DNA of 32,000 nucleotides from Wolbachia endosymbiont of Litomosoides sigmodontis (GTDB lineage Bacteria; Pseudomonadota; Alphaproteobacteria; Rickettsiales; Anaplasmataceae): NCBI RefSeq assembly GCF_013365435.1, contig NZ_CP046577.1, positions 360,001 to 392,000 of the forward strand, read 5' to 3'. Shown piece by piece: positions 29,334 to 32,000 of this stretch (position 1 is its first letter; each line of letters starts with the position of its first letter). The notes under the pieces were generated by a model. It saw only the letters and a program-made list of their open reading frames with translations, ran no database searches and was not told where the DNA came from. The position numbers and the translations under genes were made by a program.

Positions 29334-30509
29334 ATGTCAGATATAATATCAATTGCTTCAGACCATGCTGGTTATGAATTAAAATCGGAAATAAAGCCTT
29401 ACCTGAAAACTCTGGGTTATAAAGTGCTAGACCGTGGCTGTGCTGCTGAGCAAAAGTGCGTAGATTATCCAGACTATGCTATTAAGATAGTGGAAGATAT
29501 AACAAACAAAAAAGCAGATTATGGAATATTAATCTGTGGCACAGGTCTAGGTATGAGTATTGTAGCAAATCGCTTTAAAGGAATACACGCTGTTTTATGT
29601 AATAGTGTTGAGATCACGAGATTAGCCAGAGAACATGGTAATGCAAATGTATTGTGTCTTGGTGCAAGATTTACTGCTAATGGATTAGCAAAAGATATAG
29701 TCAAAAAATTCCTTGAAACAGAATTTTCAAAAGAAAGCAGACATAAAAAACGCCTTGATAAGCTCAGCAATATAGTCTTTTCTAGTGAGAAAAAAAAAAC
29801 ACAAACTTATAACGAAAATGAGGTATCAAAATTTGCTAAAATGGCAGGCGAATGGTGGAATGAAAATGGCAAATTTAAGTCATTACATATGATGAATCCT
29901 ATAAGAGTGCTTTACATTATCAAGAAGATAAAAGAGTTAAAGAAATGTGATCTAAAAGAATTATCATTGCTTGACGTTGGGTGTGGTGGTGGCATTTTAT
30001 CAGAGTCAATGGCACGTGTTGGTATTAATGTTTTAGGAATAGATGTATGTGGAGAAAACATAAAAGTGGCACAGTTACATGCAAAAAAAGTAGGGTTAGA
30101 TATAGAGTACATACATACCAGTATTGAAGAGCTAGGCAATAACAAAAAATACGATGTGATTCTGTTGATGGAGGTAGTTGAGCACGTACATAATTTAGAA
30201 CTTTTTATGAAAAAAGCAATAGAATTATTAAAACCAGAGGGATTAGTATTTATATCAACAATAAATAGAACTATTAAATCCTTCTGTCTTGCAATAATTG
30301 GTGTGGAGTATATATTAAACTTGCTGCCGAAAGGTACGCATAATTGGAGTAAGTTTCTTAAGCCATCAGAGATTGCGAATCACCTAAGAGAAGGTAATGT
30401 AACATTACAAGACATGGCTGGTATGGAATATAACGTAATAAAGAATGAATGGAATTTAACTAAAGGTGTGGACGTTAACTATATACTTTGTGGTGTGATG
30501 AATAGTTAG
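29334..30509 (+). CDS. Single ORF fusing ribose-5-phosphate isomerase B (N-terminal ~150 aa) to ubiquinone biosynthesis O-methyltransferase UbiG (C-terminal ~235 aa)
   Basis: N-terminus: IASDHAGYELK, ILICGTGLGMSIVANRFKGIHA, GNANVLCLGAR (RpiB/LacAB). C-terminus: EVSKFAKMAGEWWNENGKFKSLHMMNPIR, LLDVGCGGGILSESMAR, LLMEVVEHV, GTHNWSKFLKP, GVDVNYIL (UbiG). No stop between them, and the junction contains A10 at 29790-29799. ATG 29334 preferred to the tracked 29301. Confidence 0.8.
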   Translation: MSDIISIASDHAGYELKSEIKPYLKTLGYKVLDRGCAAEQKCVDYPDYAIKIVEDITNKKADYGILICGTGLGMSIVANRFKGIHAVLCNSVEITRLAREHGNANVLCLGARFTANGLAKDIVKKFLETEFSKESRHKKRLDKLSNIVFSSEKKKTQTYNENEVSKFAKMAGEWWNENGKFKSLHMMNPIRVLYIIKKIKELKKCDLKELSLLDVGCGGGILSESMARVGINVLGIDVCGENIKVAQLHAKKVGLDIEYIHTSIEELGNNKKYDVILLMEVVEHVHNLELFMKKAIELLKPEGLVFISTINRTIKSFCLAIIGVEYILNLLPKGTHNWSKFLKPSEIANHLREGNVTLQDMAGMEYNVIKNEWNLTKGVDVNYILCGVMNS

Positions 30510-31077
30510 ATTTTATTCTAAAAATGCCGTCTTTTTTCCAAAGTGGTAAAGAAGGATCAGCATGTTTTTCTTATTATTTAGAGACTAATCTAGGAATATA
30601 GTCTACTCTACACTTTCTATTTTTTGTATCATTTGTTCCTCATAGAGGCAGTAAATCTAAAACATGCTAAGCGAGAAAAGTGTAGGCCAAGGGCATTTTT
30701 CCAAGTATTGCAAGTAAGCTTGCACTGAATTATTACTATTGTAAAAAGTAGTTTACTATTTCATGAATGTAGTTTACTACATTACATATTATATCTATTT
30801 CTCGTCAGCTTGAGTATCAAATATATCGGAGAGAATCAGAACTATGAATAGGATAAACAGGGAAATTTACCTTTATTCTTGTTATGATTTTCAATTTTGC
30901 ACTTAATTATCTCTTATTTCAATTAAGTTTTAATAAATAGCTTTTTTGAAAAGATTATATTAAATACGCTTAGCAGCTTTTCTCTATCATAAATCCGTAT
31001 AACTTGCAATGAGAAAAATCAGTAGCTTATTGATTTTTATCGTAGTGTGGATACAATAGAGCTTTAGGCACTAGATA

Positions 31078-32000
31078 ATGGAGCAATTCGAAAATTTTTA
31101 TATCACCACGCCAGTATATTACGTAAACGACAAGCCACACATTGGTCACGCATATACTTTCCTTATCTGTGATGTTACAGCCAGGTTTATGAAGCTAGCT
31201 GGAAAAAATGTTAAACTTACTACCGGTACAGACGAACACGGGCAAAAAATTGAAAAAGCAGCTAGAGCAAGGGGAATGCATCCAAAAGAATTTACAGATG
31301 AAGTAAGCGTTTTGTTTAGGGAATTAGCTGAGTTAATGAATTTTCAATATGATGATTTTATTCGCACCACAGAAGAACGTCACAAGAAAGCGGTTATAGC
31401 TTTATGGGATAGGCTTGAAAAAAGAGGGCAAATATATCTAGATTCCTATTCTGGTTGGTATTCAATCCGTGATGAGGCATTTTATCAGGGATCAGAGCTG
31501 ATAGATGGCAAAGCGCCAACAGGTGCTGAGGTTGAATGGGTAAAAGAAGAAAGTTACTTTTTTCGTCTGTCGAGTTGGCAAGATAAATTGCTAGAACTAT
31601 ATAAAAACCAGCCAAATTTTATCTTTCCTAAAAGTAGAAAAAATGAAGTAATATCGTTTGTAAAATCAGGACTGACTGACCTTTCAATTTCTCGCACCAG
31701 TTTTAACTGGGGAATAAAAGTGCCAGGAAATGACAGACACATAATCTATGTCTGGATAGATGCATTAACTAATTATCTTGCATCAATAGGTTTTCCTAAC
31801 ACGGAAAATGAAGAATATAAAAAATTTTGGGTAGAATCACAGTCTGTTATTCAAGTGGCCGACACTGAGGTCAAGAAGGAAATAAAGATTTCAACATCGC
31901 GCGCTGGGATGACATCAAATCTAGCTAATAACTCCTTTAACGTTCATGTAATTGGTAAAGACATATCACGCTTTCATGCTGTATATTGGCCAGCAATTCT
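31078..32000 (+). CDS. metG: methionyl-tRNA synthetase, N-terminal ~307 aa (continues past the window end)
   Basis: Not in the ORF track because it has no stop within the window. ATG 31078, then YITTPVYYVNDKPHIGHAYT (HIGH motif), TGTDEHGQKI, LSISRTSFNWGIKVP, VWIDALTNY and IGKDISRFHAVYWPA. Contains an in-frame insert at 31831-31940. Confidence 0.9.
   Translation, partial: MEQFENFYITTPVYYVNDKPHIGHAYTFLICDVTARFMKLAGKNVKLTTGTDEHGQKIEKAARARGMHPKEFTDEVSVLFRELAELMNFQYDDFIRTTEERHKKAVIALWDRLEKRGQIYLDSYSGWYSIRDEAFYQGSELIDGKAPTGAEVEWVKEESYFFRLSSWQDKLLELYKNQPNFIFPKSRKNEVISFVKSGLTDLSISRTSFNWGIKVPGNDRHIIYVWIDALTNYLASIGFPNTENEEYKKFWVESQSVIQVADTEVKKEIKISTSRAGMTSNLANNSFNVHVIGKDISRFHAVYWPAI
31831..31940 (+). 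repeat. In-frame ~100-nt mini-repeat element, copy in metG
   Basis: gttattcaagtggccgacactgaggtcaagaaggaaa...tcaacatcgcgcgctgggatgacatcaaatc. Encodes VESQSVIQVADTEVKKEIKISTSRAGMTSNLANNSF between KKFW and VHVIGKDISRFH, where MetRS enzymes normally have only a few residues. Homologous to the ccmF insert. Confidence 0.6.

Overview
AT-rich, gene-dense window with the organisation of an Anaplasmataceae endosymbiont chromosome, most like Wolbachia (inference from gene content and order; no database search was possible). The core is a Rickettsiales-type (rvh) type IV secretion operon, virB8-virB9-virB10-virB11-virD4, at 7.9-14.2 kb. It is preceded by tRNA-Leu(GAG) and ribA. Housekeeping genes fill the rest: purA (5' partial), dnaA, a secreted metallophosphoesterase, prmC, ccmF, secF, yidC-ribH-nusB, infA-maf, dnaG, one rpiB-ubiG ORF, and metG (3' partial). 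About a quarter of the window is non-coding or eroded. Six decayed copies of one ~1.1 kb IS630/Tc1-like insertion sequence sit at the borders of nearly every gene block, and two of them supply the last codons and stop of ccmF and secF. Main second-look items: (1) a homologous ~100-nt, GC-richer element inserted in frame in ccmF and metG, with a shorter possible copy in the dnaA linker, resembling the protein-coding repeats known from Rickettsia and Wolbachia; (2) a ~190-aa acidic C-terminal tail on VirD4 with three perfect 66-bp tandem repeats; (3) an rpiB-ubiG fusion ORF joined across an A10 tract; (4) IS-remodelled gene ends and an IS remnant directly after virD4; (5) a glutamine-synthetase catalytic-domain-only ORF and two ~1 kb eroded stretches. 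No CRISPR array, rRNA gene or prophage module was seen.
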